Shown piece by piece: positions 9,573-19,764 of a DNA stretch of 64,000 nucleotides (within the stretch, counting starts at the first letter, position 1; each line of letters starts with the position of its first letter). The notes below the pieces were generated by a model. That model searched no databases and had not been told where the DNA came from. It worked only from the letters and a program-made list of their open reading frames with translations. This stretch comes from an uncultured Patescibacteria group bacterium (GTDB lineage: Bacteria > Patescibacteriota > Microgenomatia > UBA1400 > PJMF01), in the NCBI GenBank assembly GCA_905478415.1, contig CAJQIG010000004.1:139523-203522 (forward strand), given 5' to 3'. A program made the translations under genes and the position numbers.

Positions 9573-11753
9573 ATGATGAAAAGTATGTCATCTTCAGAAA
9601 GACTACTCCTTCCAGCTGTCGCAGAATCTCAAGTTGAAACAGAAGTATCAGTCGAAACAGTCGTAGACAACCTCAGAACTACTTGTGACACAATCTGTAC
9701 AGAACACCCTGACAACTTTCTGTTCTTCACAAAATATGGGGGCTCAATTACTCAAGAAAAATTTGAAAAAGATAAAAGAACAGACCTCGACTTGAGACTG
9801 GTCTGTTTTACTATTCCACCAATTGAAGAACAGCAAAAAATTGCCAACCGTTTGAGAGATGAAAGTGGTGGCATTCCCGTTGAGCTCTACTTTCACAGTT
9901 ATGAAAAATATATTAAAGGTGAGGTTGGAGAAACTGGAGATAAAAGTGTTTTAGAGTGCATGCGTCAAAAGCTCAATCCAGAAAGTGTAAACACTACAAT
10001 TACACATCCCTCGATGATTTCCTTGTACACATACTCGACCATGGAGTTCTTTACAAATAGGAAGGATACACTTCAGGAGTGGATTACTTCTGTGGCAGAT
10101 ACCCAGCTCAGTTGGAGCAATACTGAAAATACTACTCTTTCTGCTGAAAATATGACCGTTGAAGCGCTCAGTCCAGACGCTATTCTTGAAAAAATTAAGC
10201 TTGATAGAGAAGGTATCATTGAGTGGGTCCACCTCTACCTCAAATACTTTTTGGCTGATTATCGAGAATTCCAAGCACTCTCTAAAGAAAAACAACAAGA
10301 CCCCAACGAACTCTACCCCTATCTTAAACGAATCTCAAAGTACCTATTGCGAATCGCCTATGGTGTGGCAGTCGTCGAATCAGATTTGGAAGATATCAAG
10401 GAAAAGTACGTCCAAAATATGAAGTTTGGTCTCCATGCAGATCAGAATCACTTTGAAATGATTTCCTACGCAAACCGATCTTGGAGAAATGACTCAACAC
10501 AACAAACTCTCAATGCAGCCCTTGAACTCAGAGCATATGCTCACGAGTTCTCGATCGATCAAGCATCCCCGCTACTTCTCACACAATCGCTTCGTAAAAT
10601 TGAAAATACCATACTGTATTTAACCCAGCAATCTGGTGGTATGCTTCGTCGTGAAGAGTTTGGAGAGGTTCACGACTTCTTAACTGAAGTCTTAGTTGTC
10701 AATTTGCTCACTCCAATAATGGAAACAGATGACCTCGATACATCTCAAGGTAATCACTACGAAAGCTACGCGGAGGGTGAGACCTTGATCAGAGAAGGAG
10801 ATCACCCTGACGAGTTGCTCATCATTCCTGATCAAATGCGCAGTGGTTCTGAAAACGGTGACTATGCTGTTGTAGTTGACGGTGAAGAACTCAAGCTCAA
10901 TCGTCTAAAAGTTATCTTGGGTGAGCTTGGCATCTTACTCGGGGCTCCACGATCAACTTCTATTATTGCAAAAGGAGAGCTTGAAGCGCTTGTCGTCAAA
11001 AGCTCATTTTTAACCAGCCTTTTTACAGAACTTGGCCCTAATGGTAAAGAAACACTACTGAGATACTTTCTCAGTAGTCACATTGATGCAGAAAACTCAA
11101 CCATCAAACAAGATAATAAGTTCCTCCTAACCTTTGCTCTCTTAAACTACTTTTCAAGTGAATTCGTCCAGTACCTTTATGAACGGGTTGAATATGGATA
11201 TGCATTTTCAGAAAAAGAAGGCTCGGATACCAAAGCATCTCACATGCTCTCTTCTTACAAACTAGAGCATTTTTCTGAAACATTTTTAGAAGTGGCTAAA
11301 ACAAAAAAGATCACACTCGACTACCCCACCAACCCACCTGATTCAACTCCAAAAAAAATCTTTGAAGCTGGAAGCAATAACAACACCTATATTTATGTTG
11401 TCACTGCTTGCGAACCCAATGGAGGTGTCAAACTAACTTTTTCTGGAGACACAGACGATACACATGCTACCATACTTAAAAAGCATGCCATTTTTGGAGA
11501 ATCGTCACTGTTACCTGGTTCAAAACCCCACAACTATTCTGCGATTTTACTCCCAGGAACAAAGATAACTCGTATTAAAGCACAAGATTTTCAAAAAATG
11601 ACCATGACTACGGACATTCTCCCTTTTAGTTTTTCAGATGAATCTACTCAAGAAAAGATCATGGGAGAAATAACCGGTATCGAACTCTTTTTTCACCTCG
11701 GAGTCAGCTGTCTCGATCGATTACAACAACTGCAAGCATTACAGGTAAAGTAA
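9573..11753 (+). CDS. large cytoplasmic protein with two cyclic-nucleotide-binding (CAP-effector-like) domains
   Basis: LGELGILLGAPRSTSIIAKGELEALVV and IFGESSLLPGSKPHNYSAILLPGTKITRI resemble cNMP-binding FGE...R[ST]A..A motifs. Confidence 0.5.
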   Translation: MMKSMSSSERLLLPAVAESQVETEVSVETVVDNLRTTCDTICTEHPDNFLFFTKYGGSITQEKFEKDKRTDLDLRLVCFTIPPIEEQQKIANRLRDESGGIPVELYFHSYEKYIKGEVGETGDKSVLECMRQKLNPESVNTTITHPSMISLYTYSTMEFFTNRKDTLQEWITSVADTQLSWSNTENTTLSAENMTVEALSPDAILEKIKLDREGIIEWVHLYLKYFLADYREFQALSKEKQQDPNELYPYLKRISKYLLRIAYGVAVVESDLEDIKEKYVQNMKFGLHADQNHFEMISYANRSWRNDSTQQTLNAALELRAYAHEFSIDQASPLLLTQSLRKIENTILYLTQQSGGMLRREEFGEVHDFLTEVLVVNLLTPIMETDDLDTSQGNHYESYAEGETLIREGDHPDELLIIPDQMRSGSENGDYAVVVDGEELKLNRLKVILGELGILLGAPRSTSIIAKGELEALVVKSSFLTSLFTELGPNGKETLLRYFLSSHIDAENSTIKQDNKFLLTFALLNYFSSEFVQYLYERVEYGYAFSEKEGSDTKASHMLSSYKLEHFSETFLEVAKTKKITLDYPTNPPDSTPKKIFEAGSNNNTYIYVVTACEPNGGVKLTFSGDTDDTHATILKKHAIFGESSLLPGSKPHNYSAILLPGTKITRIKAQDFQKMTMTTDILPFSFSDESTQEKIMGEITGIELFFHLGVSCLDRLQQLQALQVK

Positions 11754-12701
11754 AAAAAACGCAATTCTTAAAAAAAGTGTGTGCGATAAGTACAAGGGGT
11801 ATGAAATCTTGCCTACCTTCACCAACCACCCTGTAAGATGCTTAGCTCTTGCAACACAGTAACTACTCACCAGTATTGCCAAAAAACTATAGAAAAAGAG
11901 TGGGTATCTTGTAAACTTTAAAGCAAATAACGGATCAGTGCCATTTTGAATCAGCTGCAGGGCGTTTGAAATCGCATATCCTCCACTAAAGAGCCACCCA
12001 ACTAAAACCAAACCAGCAGTAGAGCGGTGAGCATCAAACCAGTGCCATATTTTTGGCAGATACATTCCAAGTACAAAATAAGCAATCCAGTTAGTCATCC
12101 AGAGATATTGCTCACCATCTTCGGCAAAGTACTTCCACGAAGTTACTGTTCTGCCTCCATAACTAAATATCCACCACCAAAGTAACTGAACAAAAACTGC
12201 CCCCAGCAACGTAGCCAGCGGCCATTTCTTAAATACCTTAAGAATGAGAGGAAAAAAGACATATAACTGAAACACCATTGGCACAAAATACAAATGATAG
12301 TCTGCCCTACCCAAAACTATCTTCCACAAAAGATTGGGCTGTTGAGTCAACGGACCCCACGAAGGAACGAAGTAAAAAAGTGCAGAAAAAATCCCGCTCC
12401 AAAGAATGTACAGAGGAAGTATCTTAAAGACCCTGCGTTTAAAAAAAGTTCCAAGTTCTAGTTTTTTCTTTGCATATCCACAATATAAACCATATCCCGA
12501 AAGTGCCACAAATAGAGGTACCGAAATCCGAGCCAACTGATCAAAAAAAATAGCTGCCAATTGAAATTTCGATTCATTCACAAATGGTGAAGGCTTACTG
12601 CTCGAAAGAATATGAATTAAAAGTACAGAAAAAATTGCAATGGCTTTAAGAAAGTTCGTACCCTCTCTACTTAAAGATGTTTTTGTCTTTTTGTTTCCCA
12701 T
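11739..12701 (-). CDS. acyltransferase family 3 (membrane O-acyltransferase)
   Basis: ~10 TM helices, N-terminal KAIAIFSVLLIHI motif typical of acyltransferase_3. Confidence 0.6.
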   Translation of the reverse strand: MGNKKTKTSLSREGTNFLKAIAIFSVLLIHILSSSKPSPFVNESKFQLAAIFFDQLARISVPLFVALSGYGLYCGYAKKKLELGTFFKRRVFKILPLYILWSGIFSALFYFVPSWGPLTQQPNLLWKIVLGRADYHLYFVPMVFQLYVFFPLILKVFKKWPLATLLGAVFVQLLWWWIFSYGGRTVTSWKYFAEDGEQYLWMTNWIAYFVLGMYLPKIWHWFDAHRSTAGLVLVGWLFSGGYAISNALQLIQNGTDPLFALKFTRYPLFFYSFLAILVSSYCVARAKHLTGWLVKVGKISYPLYLSHTLFLRIAFFLLYL

Positions 12702-12713
12702 AGAAACTCAGTT

Positions 12714-13130
12714 CTACTGCCAAAGTCCCAAAATCAATCCAAACGAGACAAAAAGAATCAGCTGATAACCCGCTTGAATTAAGAAACGCGCCCAAGAAAC
12801 TTTTCTTGAATCATTATTCCACATAGCAGAAGCTGCAACCATTGGCATAATAAAAGCTGCCCAAATCCAGAGCGCATTTACTAAACCACTGGCTTCTTCC
12901 CAACCTTGAATATAGTATGCCAACACATACACCTGAAACAACGTCAATAAAAACTGAATGCCATATAAAGGCCCAGCACTCTTCTGCATCTCTTCCCGAG
13001 CTTTTTTATCTTTTGCATTGACACCTAGAATCTCCATCCATTTTTTTCCGAATAAAGGACCATACCACAGTGCCCCAAGCACCATCGACCAAATAGCACA
13101 TACAAGAACTGCGATAAAATTTATTGTCAT
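12714..13130 (-). CDS. DUF1761-family membrane protein
   Basis: N-terminus ...GALWYGPLFGKKWMEILG typical of DUF1761. Confidence 0.55.
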   Translation of the reverse strand: MTINFIAVLVCAIWSMVLGALWYGPLFGKKWMEILGVNAKDKKAREEMQKSAGPLYGIQFLLTLFQVYVLAYYIQGWEEASGLVNALWIWAAFIMPMVAASAMWNNDSRKVSWARFLIQAGYQLILFVSFGLILGLWQ

Positions 13131-13185
13131 ATAGGTTTTTATACCATATTTTATTCAGAGAATAAAACCCACAAAAATCAACATA

Positions 13186-14187
13186 CTACCGTAACGGCTT
13201 GTTACCTGAAATAACCATATGAGTTGCGGGAAACGGAAGAAGTTCTAAAGTACCGGCTTGATTTTGTTGATATAAGTTCACTTGCCCTTCCAACCAATTT
13301 GACAGCATATACTGGTTGGGATCTGGCTCAACTTGCACATTCTCGAATCCTGCTACCTCTAAAATATCCTTTGCCTCGGCTAAGGTCCAATACGAGTATT
13401 TTTCGTGAATTTCATTCTTCCAGTTATTAGTATATTCTTTGCGCATATAAAATTCATACGCCCATTCTGGCTCTAGTACAATGAGTGTTTTGCCATCTAT
13501 CGTAATTTCTTCAAACGCAAATGCATTTCCTCCAGCAAATTCTCGATGAAACTGTTTGAAAAGTGCTAACGTAGAAAGTGACTGGTGTTCAATGGTAGTA
13601 TCTAGAGAAATCTGGTTCTGGTTTATCCCATTCGTTTCAGATAATTCCATCAGAATAGAACCCGTATTTTCAGGTTTTACAAAATCTCTAATCAATAATT
13701 GCCCCCCTGGTTGTAGCTCTCGAAACGAATTTTGAATAGCGGTCACCATTCGGCTTGCTCCGCCGCCAAATGAAGCAATCTCATGTCCACTAGTCGAATA
13801 GTACTTAATAGCTACTGAATCATCTGGAAATAGTTGTTCTGCTGCGTCACCAAAAAGAGTGGTAATTGATTGTTGTTGTGAAAAAAACTCTGAGTATGCG
13901 TGCGAAATATCTATCGCAAAGACTTGCGGTGAAACCCCAATACTCTCACATTCTTGCGCAATCCGTTCTGCTATGAGTCCTGTTCCAGATCCTGCATCGA
14001 CAAGTACCATGCCATCAAAAAAAATGTTAAAACGTGAGAAAAGACTAGCAACTTTGGCCTCTACTGCTGCATCCATTTTAGCGGTATACGTATCGTAATC
14101 CCGACCGTGGTTAGCAGACTCCATAGAATTTTTTGCTTCTGAAAAGGGAAATTTACTAGAAATTTGTTCAACACGTAGCATAGTCAC
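13186..14187 (-). CDS. class I SAM-dependent methyltransferase
   Basis: motif I VLVDAGSGTGLIAERIA. Confidence 0.7.
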   Translation of the reverse strand: MTMLRVEQISSKFPFSEAKNSMESANHGRDYDTYTAKMDAAVEAKVASLFSRFNIFFDGMVLVDAGSGTGLIAERIAQECESIGVSPQVFAIDISHAYSEFFSQQQSITTLFGDAAEQLFPDDSVAIKYYSTSGHEIASFGGGASRMVTAIQNSFRELQPGGQLLIRDFVKPENTGSILMELSETNGINQNQISLDTTIEHQSLSTLALFKQFHREFAGGNAFAFEEITIDGKTLIVLEPEWAYEFYMRKEYTNNWKNEIHEKYSYWTLAEAKDILEVAGFENVQVEPDPNQYMLSNWLEGQVNLYQQNQAGTLELLPFPATHMVISGNKPLR

Positions 14188-14305
14188 TGCTTTTTTCTCA
14201 TTTTAGATGTGAAAAAGGTTTAGATTAAGTTCTCTCCCAAATCTTTAAATCTACAATTCTGATATAGAACCTCTATGGACTTTGAAAGCTTAAAACCGTT
14301 ATACA

Positions 14306-15484
14306 TTAATTAACAACTAATGTATAAACCTTTGAATCAGTTGCTCCTGCTGAATCAGTCAAAATAATTTCTGGATAGTATGTTCCCACCTCTTGGGCAG
14401 TTCCAAAAATCTCACACGTTATTCTTACTGATGCACCTCTGCTGTTTTGATTACAGTTCCCTAAAACTAGACCAGTAGGTAAGCCAGTAGCTGCCATTGA
14501 AAGAGTGTCCTGAAGGTCAGCATCCTGCCCTCTCACCTGAAAACTATAACTTTGTGTTGTCACTGTTGATGACAACCATGGAGTGGCGATTACAGGTGCA
14601 TTGTTACCTGTAATTGGTGTTGGTGAAGGGCTTGGCATTGGTGTTGGCGAAGGACTTGGCGTTGGTGTTGGCGAAGGACTTGGCGTTGGTGTTGGCGAAG
14701 GACTTGGCGTTGGTGTTGGCGAAGGACTTGGTGTTGGTGTTGGCGAAGGACTTGGTGTTGGTGTTGGCAGTGAATTCAAGTCAACAACGTTAAAATAGAC
14801 TCCAGTAAATTTTGCTCCTTGATCTTTATTTGCTGGATACTGAGCCTGGATCTCAACTTTATAAAAAGAAGCTCCATCTGGAATGTTTGTTTCCATAAAA
14901 CCAGTACTTGTCCATGCATGATTAGATCCAGTTCCAGTACTATCACTTACACTGAGTGGCACCCAAACTGGACTCCAAGGGCCATCTGCTGAATTAGACG
15001 AATAAATAGTTATGGTTGCTTGATCAATCCAACCAGTAACCCACTCTGTTTGAAACTGAAGAGTAGTATTTGCTGGATCTGCTTGAACGATCTGGTACAA
15101 ATAGGCATCGTACCCATTAATACCGAATCCATATCCCCCCTGACCATAGCCGCTTGCAAATCTTGCCGCAGTTCCACAATACAACTCATTAGCTCCACAC
15201 TTGCCAGAAACAATAACATCTGCGCTTGGATTCGATCTTTTTTGACTGATAGACCATAGGACCTCACCATTAGTATTTTTAGCTGTGTCTATAATCCAGT
15301 TATTTAAAGAAGCTGCATTAGTAACGACATCACTCCTAAACCAAGGGTTTAAAAGTAAATTCCCCTCAGGAAGAGTCCCCACTTGAACGGCCAGAACCGA
15401 TTTTGCATATAAAATAGCAGTCAATGAAAATATACCAATAAATACTACAAGTGATCTTTTAGCTATTGATATAAATGTATTCAT
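14306..15484 (-). CDS. secreted protein with PTPSPSPT tandem repeat linker and C-terminal putative-Ig (dystroglycan-type cadherin-like) domain
   Basis: signal peptide; ~13x (PSPSPTPT); ...[10 protein letters not shown] motif. Confidence 0.6.
   Translation of the reverse strand: MNTFISIAKRSLVVFIGIFSLTAILYAKSVLAVQVGTLPEGNLLLNPWFRSDVVTNAASLNNWIIDTAKNTNGEVLWSISQKRSNPSADVIVSGKCGANELYCGTAARFASGYGQGGYGFGINGYDAYLYQIVQADPANTTLQFQTEWVTGWIDQATITIYSSNSADGPWSPVWVPLSVSDSTGTGSNHAWTSTGFMETNIPDGASFYKVEIQAQYPANKDQGAKFTGVYFNVVDLNSLPTPTPSPSPTPTPSPSPTPTPSPSPTPTPSPSPTPTPSPSPTPMPSPSPTPITGNNAPVIATPWLSSTVTTQSYSFQVRGQDADLQDTLSMAATGLPTGLVLGNCNQNSRGASVRITCEIFGTAQEVGTYYPEIILTDSAGATDSKVYTLVVN
14612..14772. repeat. tandem 24-bp DNA repeat (ggcgttggtgttggcgaaggacttg, ~6.5 copies) encoding the PS/PT linker
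   Basis: directly visible perfect/near-perfect tandem copies. Confidence 0.9.
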
Positions 15485-15630
15485 TAGTTTGACCTTCTAT
15501 TCACTTTAAGTGATGTATATTAGTTTATATAGTACTGTCCGATAAGTATGTTTTCAAGTAGTAAATTATTTTTTGTCTTAATGTGAGTAGTACCTATTAA
15601 AGATGGATATGGGCATAGTAATTTTTTACT

Positions 15631-15828
15631 GGCGAGGAGAGTGGGATTCACGACTCGCTACAATCTATATCTTCTTAAGGAAGCTCGCATACACTAGGGT
15701 GACTCGCACAGTGTGCTCGTGTGCCCGTCGCGAACCATCTTCTGCATTCCTTGTTACGCACCGATATAAAAAAATAGGCATTAAGCCTATTTTTTTATAT
15801 GCGGGGAGCGTGGGATGAAATTGGAACT
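15631..15828. repeat. ~200-bp dispersed repeat, copy 1: two degenerate tRNA-3'-end-like segments flanking a hairpin; ~85% identical to 55633..55826
   Basis: tggcgaggagagtgggattcacgactcgctac ... tatatgcggggagcgtgggatgaaattggaac aligned by eye to the tRNA-Ser(TGA) downstream region. Confidence 0.7.
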
Positions 15829-15921
15829 TTTTTCTCTCGATAAAGTGAGGCCTATAAATAATTATCCAAATTTATCAATACTAATTACTATTCTTTTCAA
15901 GAATTAGATTATATATATTTT

Positions 15922-18246
15922 TTATTTCCACTTGATTTTCCCACATTCACATCTACGACTATTATTCGAAGTATCTTTAAATTTAGTTACTGATTTATTA
16001 CACTCATCACATTCAAAAAAATTGAGAGCTTTTTCGCAAGAATCAATTAATTTTTTTGCCTCAACCTTAATTACGCTATATTCATGTGATGAACGATTAC
16101 CCCAAGATAACAACAATCTACTTGATTGCTTCATTGATTTTACTGCATCTAAATATGGAATATAACTTTCAGATTCCTTTATTAGGAATGATTTTTCCAT
16201 ATCTGGAATTAAGTCTAGTAAAAACTCTGAAGCTACTCTTACATCATTTCGTTCTCTATGTTTGTATTTCATTCTTACTTCTAGTTTTTCACATAATACT
16301 GCAAGACAATTATCCATAATTTTTCTACAATTATTTCCAGCTGAAGTTGCGTCATTTGATAACTTTGATCTTGCATCATCAAATGAGAACGTGTTTTTTG
16401 AAAATTGAATTCCTATCTCTGGATTTTCCCAAGGTTTTAATGTTTCAAATTCCCATTTATCATTTTCAAGTTGGTGTCTTAACTCTATAAACCACTCTCT
16501 ATCATGCGTTAAAATAAGTATCTGTCTCTCAGAAAATTCTTTTTCCAAGAGCTCAGCTACTAGTCCTCTATGATTTCTATCAAAACTTACTATCACGTCA
16601 TCTAAGAAAATTGGAATGTCTTTTTCATTACTATTTTTTGCCATTGAAAGGAAAATACATAATCCCAAACTATTTCTATGACCTTCAGATAAAGTTAATC
16701 TCGGTGACTCTAATTCTTTTCCATAAAATTTAAGGCCAATTTCTATTGCTTTATCTGTGTCTGAAGGAAGATATAATTTTATATCCTCAATTTTCTCATC
16801 AGGATGTAATATTTCCCACATTCTCGAAATATCTGAAGATATCGTAGTAATTATTTCAACAGACTTTTTTCTAATTTGATTTCTTATTTCTGATTCAGTA
16901 CCAGTAATAAAATCAATTAATGTAGTAATTCTATCTCTTTCTTTTATTCTTTTTTCGTTATTAAGAACATCTTTAATACCTTCAATTGTATTTTTATCAT
17001 CGTATAATGCTTGTAAATCCTGAGGCGTATCTTTTTTAGATTCAATCGCAGCAATAATTATTGGTTTAAATGTAGAACTAATTAGTTCTAATTGGTCTAT
17101 AGTACAACTGTTTCTGAGTTCGTTGAGATTTAAACTTTTAAATGGTTCCTCAATTTTCAAATCATTATTTTCTTTCCATTTTTTTAAAGACTCTTGATCA
17201 AAGTTTATTGTTAATTGTTCTATACTACTAACAAGATTATTGAGGTTTTCACGATGTGTTTGAAGGATTGTCATTGACTGTTCTAATCTGATAATTTCAG
17301 AATAAATATGATCTTTAAATTCCGAAACTTTAATTAATTTTCCACAAGCTGGACAGTCAATTTCCTCTTTATCAACAATTTCTTGAATAAAGTTTTGAGA
17401 TGAGTTTAGAATGTCAAGTTTTTCTTTAATTAAAGATTCAGATGAGTTTGCAAGTTCAGATAAACTCTCTTTTGAATTTTGAATCAACTGTAATAAATCT
17501 GAACCAGAAATTTTTTCTATTATTGTATATTCAGCATTTTGATTGCCATTTTGATTTATTTTCTCTTTATTTATTTTGCCTAAATTAGACAAAAAATCCT
17601 CATCTATTTCAATTTCTACATTATCACTTGTTTTGTCTAACTCTTTTGCTATATTTAAAATTTCATCTATTGTTTGATCATTAAATAGTAAATTCCTGCT
17701 TTGAGCTGAATTTTTAATATCTGTGTTGATTCCACTCAAATTTGCTTCACTAGCAATATTTCTTGCCAATTTTCTTAAGTTTTCAGCAGATATTTCTAGT
17801 TCACCTAAACCCAATAGTGGTAATAACGTTGAATACTTATCTCCTTTACTGCCCTTAATAAAATTTGATATTTCATCTTGCCTCAAGATTATTGTATGAT
17901 AATTTAACTTGTTAAGCATGTTGTCTGGAGGGGTAATTTGAACTGAACCATTTGGTTCAATTTCTGCAGATATTTGTGATTGATCTGTGAAAGTTATTAC
18001 TACTTTGGCATTATTATCTGCACTCATGTGAGTGTTAATTATAGATTTTTCTTGTCTACGACCGCTATACTCATTTGTTAAATGTAAAATTTTTCCATCC
18101 TTTATAATATATTCCATGCCATCTACAAAAGATGATTTTCCTGATCCATTTTCGCCATACAATACTTTTGATTTTTTATTAAGTTTGAGCGATGTAAAAT
18201 CTGATGCACCTCTGAACCAAGATAAGTCAATGTTTTTAATTTTCAT
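15922..18246 (-). CDS. Rad50/RloC-like ABC ATPase: Walker A, coiled coil with CPAC zinc hook, ABC signature, Walker B, H-loop, C-terminal ~190-aa domain with RX4H (HEPN-like) motif and terminal zinc ribbon
   Basis: GENGSGKSS (aa 31-39); CPAC at aa 298-301 mid coiled-coil; LSEGHRNSLGL; IFLDD; THDREW; RMKYKH; CDEC...CECG. Confidence 0.6.
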   Translation of the reverse strand: MKIKNIDLSWFRGASDFTSLKLNKKSKVLYGENGSGKSSFVDGMEYIIKDGKILHLTNEYSGRRQEKSIINTHMSADNNAKVVITFTDQSQISAEIEPNGSVQITPPDNMLNKLNYHTIILRQDEISNFIKGSKGDKYSTLLPLLGLGELEISAENLRKLARNIASEANLSGINTDIKNSAQSRNLLFNDQTIDEILNIAKELDKTSDNVEIEIDEDFLSNLGKINKEKINQNGNQNAEYTIIEKISGSDLLQLIQNSKESLSELANSSESLIKEKLDILNSSQNFIQEIVDKEEIDCPACGKLIKVSEFKDHIYSEIIRLEQSMTILQTHRENLNNLVSSIEQLTINFDQESLKKWKENNDLKIEEPFKSLNLNELRNSCTIDQLELISSTFKPIIIAAIESKKDTPQDLQALYDDKNTIEGIKDVLNNEKRIKERDRITTLIDFITGTESEIRNQIRKKSVEIITTISSDISRMWEILHPDEKIEDIKLYLPSDTDKAIEIGLKFYGKELESPRLTLSEGHRNSLGLCIFLSMAKNSNEKDIPIFLDDVIVSFDRNHRGLVAELLEKEFSERQILILTHDREWFIELRHQLENDKWEFETLKPWENPEIGIQFSKNTFSFDDARSKLSNDATSAGNNCRKIMDNCLAVLCEKLEVRMKYKHRERNDVRVASEFLLDLIPDMEKSFLIKESESYIPYLDAVKSMKQSSRLLLSWGNRSSHEYSVIKVEAKKLIDSCEKALNFFECDECNKSVTKFKDTSNNSRRCECGKIKWK

Positions 18247-18502
18247 CTTTTAGTAAATCTAATAACTTTCTACTTAGTTTTTCTGCTTGAGTTTTGCTAA
18301 TCTCATTTTGTTGCAACTCACCAGATAATTTATCAACTATTTCTGAAACAATTTTAGAACTTATGGTTTTCCCCTCTTTTGAAAGGTTTTCTACAGTTTT
18401 TTCTACAGTTTTTGATATTTGATTTTTATCCATACTCAGATTATACCACCAGGCTTTTTGCCTGCATAACTTTTCCAACCCGTACTCTTCCCCCCGCCTC
18501 AC
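18236..18502 (-). CDS. small helical protein immediately upstream of, and overlapping, the ABC ATPase gene
   Basis: 11-nt overlap with ATPase start; likely start MDKNQISK. Confidence 0.4.
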   Translation of the reverse strand: MRRGEEYGLEKLCRQKAWWYNLSMDKNQISKTVEKTVENLSKEGKTISSKIVSEIVDKLSGELQQNEISKTQAEKLSRKLLDLLKDEN

Positions 18503-18565
18503 TTACTGCCCATCACATCTGAGCGAAGCGAAGATGTGATACCATTATGTTTCCTTGCGGGGGGA
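18485..18565. other. nested inverted repeats (ccccccgc...gcgggggg enclosing atcacatct-N13-agatgtgat) in AT-rich intergenic region; candidate replication origin/recombination site
   Basis: read directly; flanked by direct repeats accaccaggct(t/a)tttg at 18440 and 18579. Confidence 0.45.
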
Positions 18566-18724
18566 TACTATCTGTGGTTTACCACCAGGCTATTTGTACA
18601 AGATAACTTTATTTGAACTCTTTTGATCCTTTTATTTATATAAAAATATAGTATATTTATTTTTAACTTAGACGTGCAAACGTTCTAGAGCTGTTTTTAA
18701 GAGCTACATCCATGACTATACGTC

Positions 18725-18922
18725 ATGAAAACACTATCAGATCAATGCAACCACAAAAGTGGTGTTGAATCTGTTGCTTATAAAACAAAAAATAATTTTT
18801 CCAAACAAAAAACTCAGCAACAAATACAATCCCAAGAAGATATAGAAATAGAACGCTCTCAGTATTATTTAGGTCGAGCTCTTCATCGTTACTCACTCCT
18901 TCAAAAAGAAAGGAGTAAGTAA
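18725..18922 (+). CDS. small hypothetical protein preceding Rep (TAATG overlap)
   Basis: ORF with translational coupling to Rep. Confidence 0.3.
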   Translation: MKTLSDQCNHKSGVESVAYKTKNNFSKQKTQQQIQSQEDIEIERSQYYLGRALHRYSLLQKERSK

Positions 18923-19764
18923 TGTCATTAGAAAATGATGCTCAAAATATTCTTGGTGCAGTACCTTTAGGTACAAACAAAGAACCTAGTGTGCGTCAGC
19001 ACACTACTAGACTTGATAATACCGGCACAAAAGAACCACCAAAACCAAGAGGTTTTACAAAAAGTAAAATTATTCAAAGTGGCTCACTAATTGAAAGTTA
19101 TGAGTATGAAATACCACTTCGTTATGGTTTTACGCCAAAGCCAAGAGTAAAGACTGCTCGAAAGAAATCTGAAAGAAGTGCAGAACATAGAACTAGAACA
19201 ATAATTCGTGCAGTTAACAATATTAGAAGATTAACTCATCTAAACTTTTCAGAGTATGACAAGTTTCTGACTTTCACCTTTGCAGATACTTTTGAATTTG
19301 ATATTAACAAGCTTGATGAATGCTTACCATATTATAAAAAAGCAATGAGAAAGCTAAGACAGTGGTATCCAAATTTAAAGTATATTACAGTTCCAGAGTT
19401 TCAAAAAAGGGGTGCAGTTCATTACCACCTTTTGTGTAATATTCCTAAAATAAGACAGTCTGAAATGAAGAAAATATGGCCTTATGGTTTCTTCAAAGTT
19501 AAAGAAATTCATGGAACTACACACCTGGCATTTTATTTAGTGAAATATTTATCAAAAAGGTTTGATGATAAACGTAAACAGGGTCATAGATTATATTATG
19601 CCTCTCGTGGTTTAAAGCGTCCTACTACTTTGTATGGTCCATATGCTGAGGCTATTACTAATAAGCTCAAAAAGGATCATTCTAATGCTGTACAATATGA
19701 AACTAATTATGATACTGAACATAATGGAACTGTTGATTATAAACAGTTTGTGAAAGAAAAATGA
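18922..19764 (+). CDS. rolling-circle replication initiator (HUH endonuclease, pC194/Rep_1-like)
   Basis: motif I FLTFTF, motif II VHYHLLC, motif III YLVKYLSK. Confidence 0.65.
   Translation: MSLENDAQNILGAVPLGTNKEPSVRQHTTRLDNTGTKEPPKPRGFTKSKIIQSGSLIESYEYEIPLRYGFTPKPRVKTARKKSERSAEHRTRTIIRAVNNIRRLTHLNFSEYDKFLTFTFADTFEFDINKLDECLPYYKKAMRKLRQWYPNLKYITVPEFQKRGAVHYHLLCNIPKIRQSEMKKIWPYGFFKVKEIHGTTHLAFYLVKYLSKRFDDKRKQGHRLYYASRGLKRPTTLYGPYAEAITNKLKKDHSNAVQYETNYDTEHNGTVDYKQFVKEK

Noticed and set aside
14612-14772. Regular 24-bp tandem DNA repeats that could be mistaken for a CRISPR-like array
   Set aside because: The copies are contiguous with no spacers, lie inside a long ORF and encode a PSPSPTPT linker. 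They are a coding minisatellite, not a CRISPR array.
15603-15818. 71-aa ORF on the + strand
   Set aside because: It lies entirely within the tRNA-end-like dispersed repeat and hairpin region. It is most likely non-coding.
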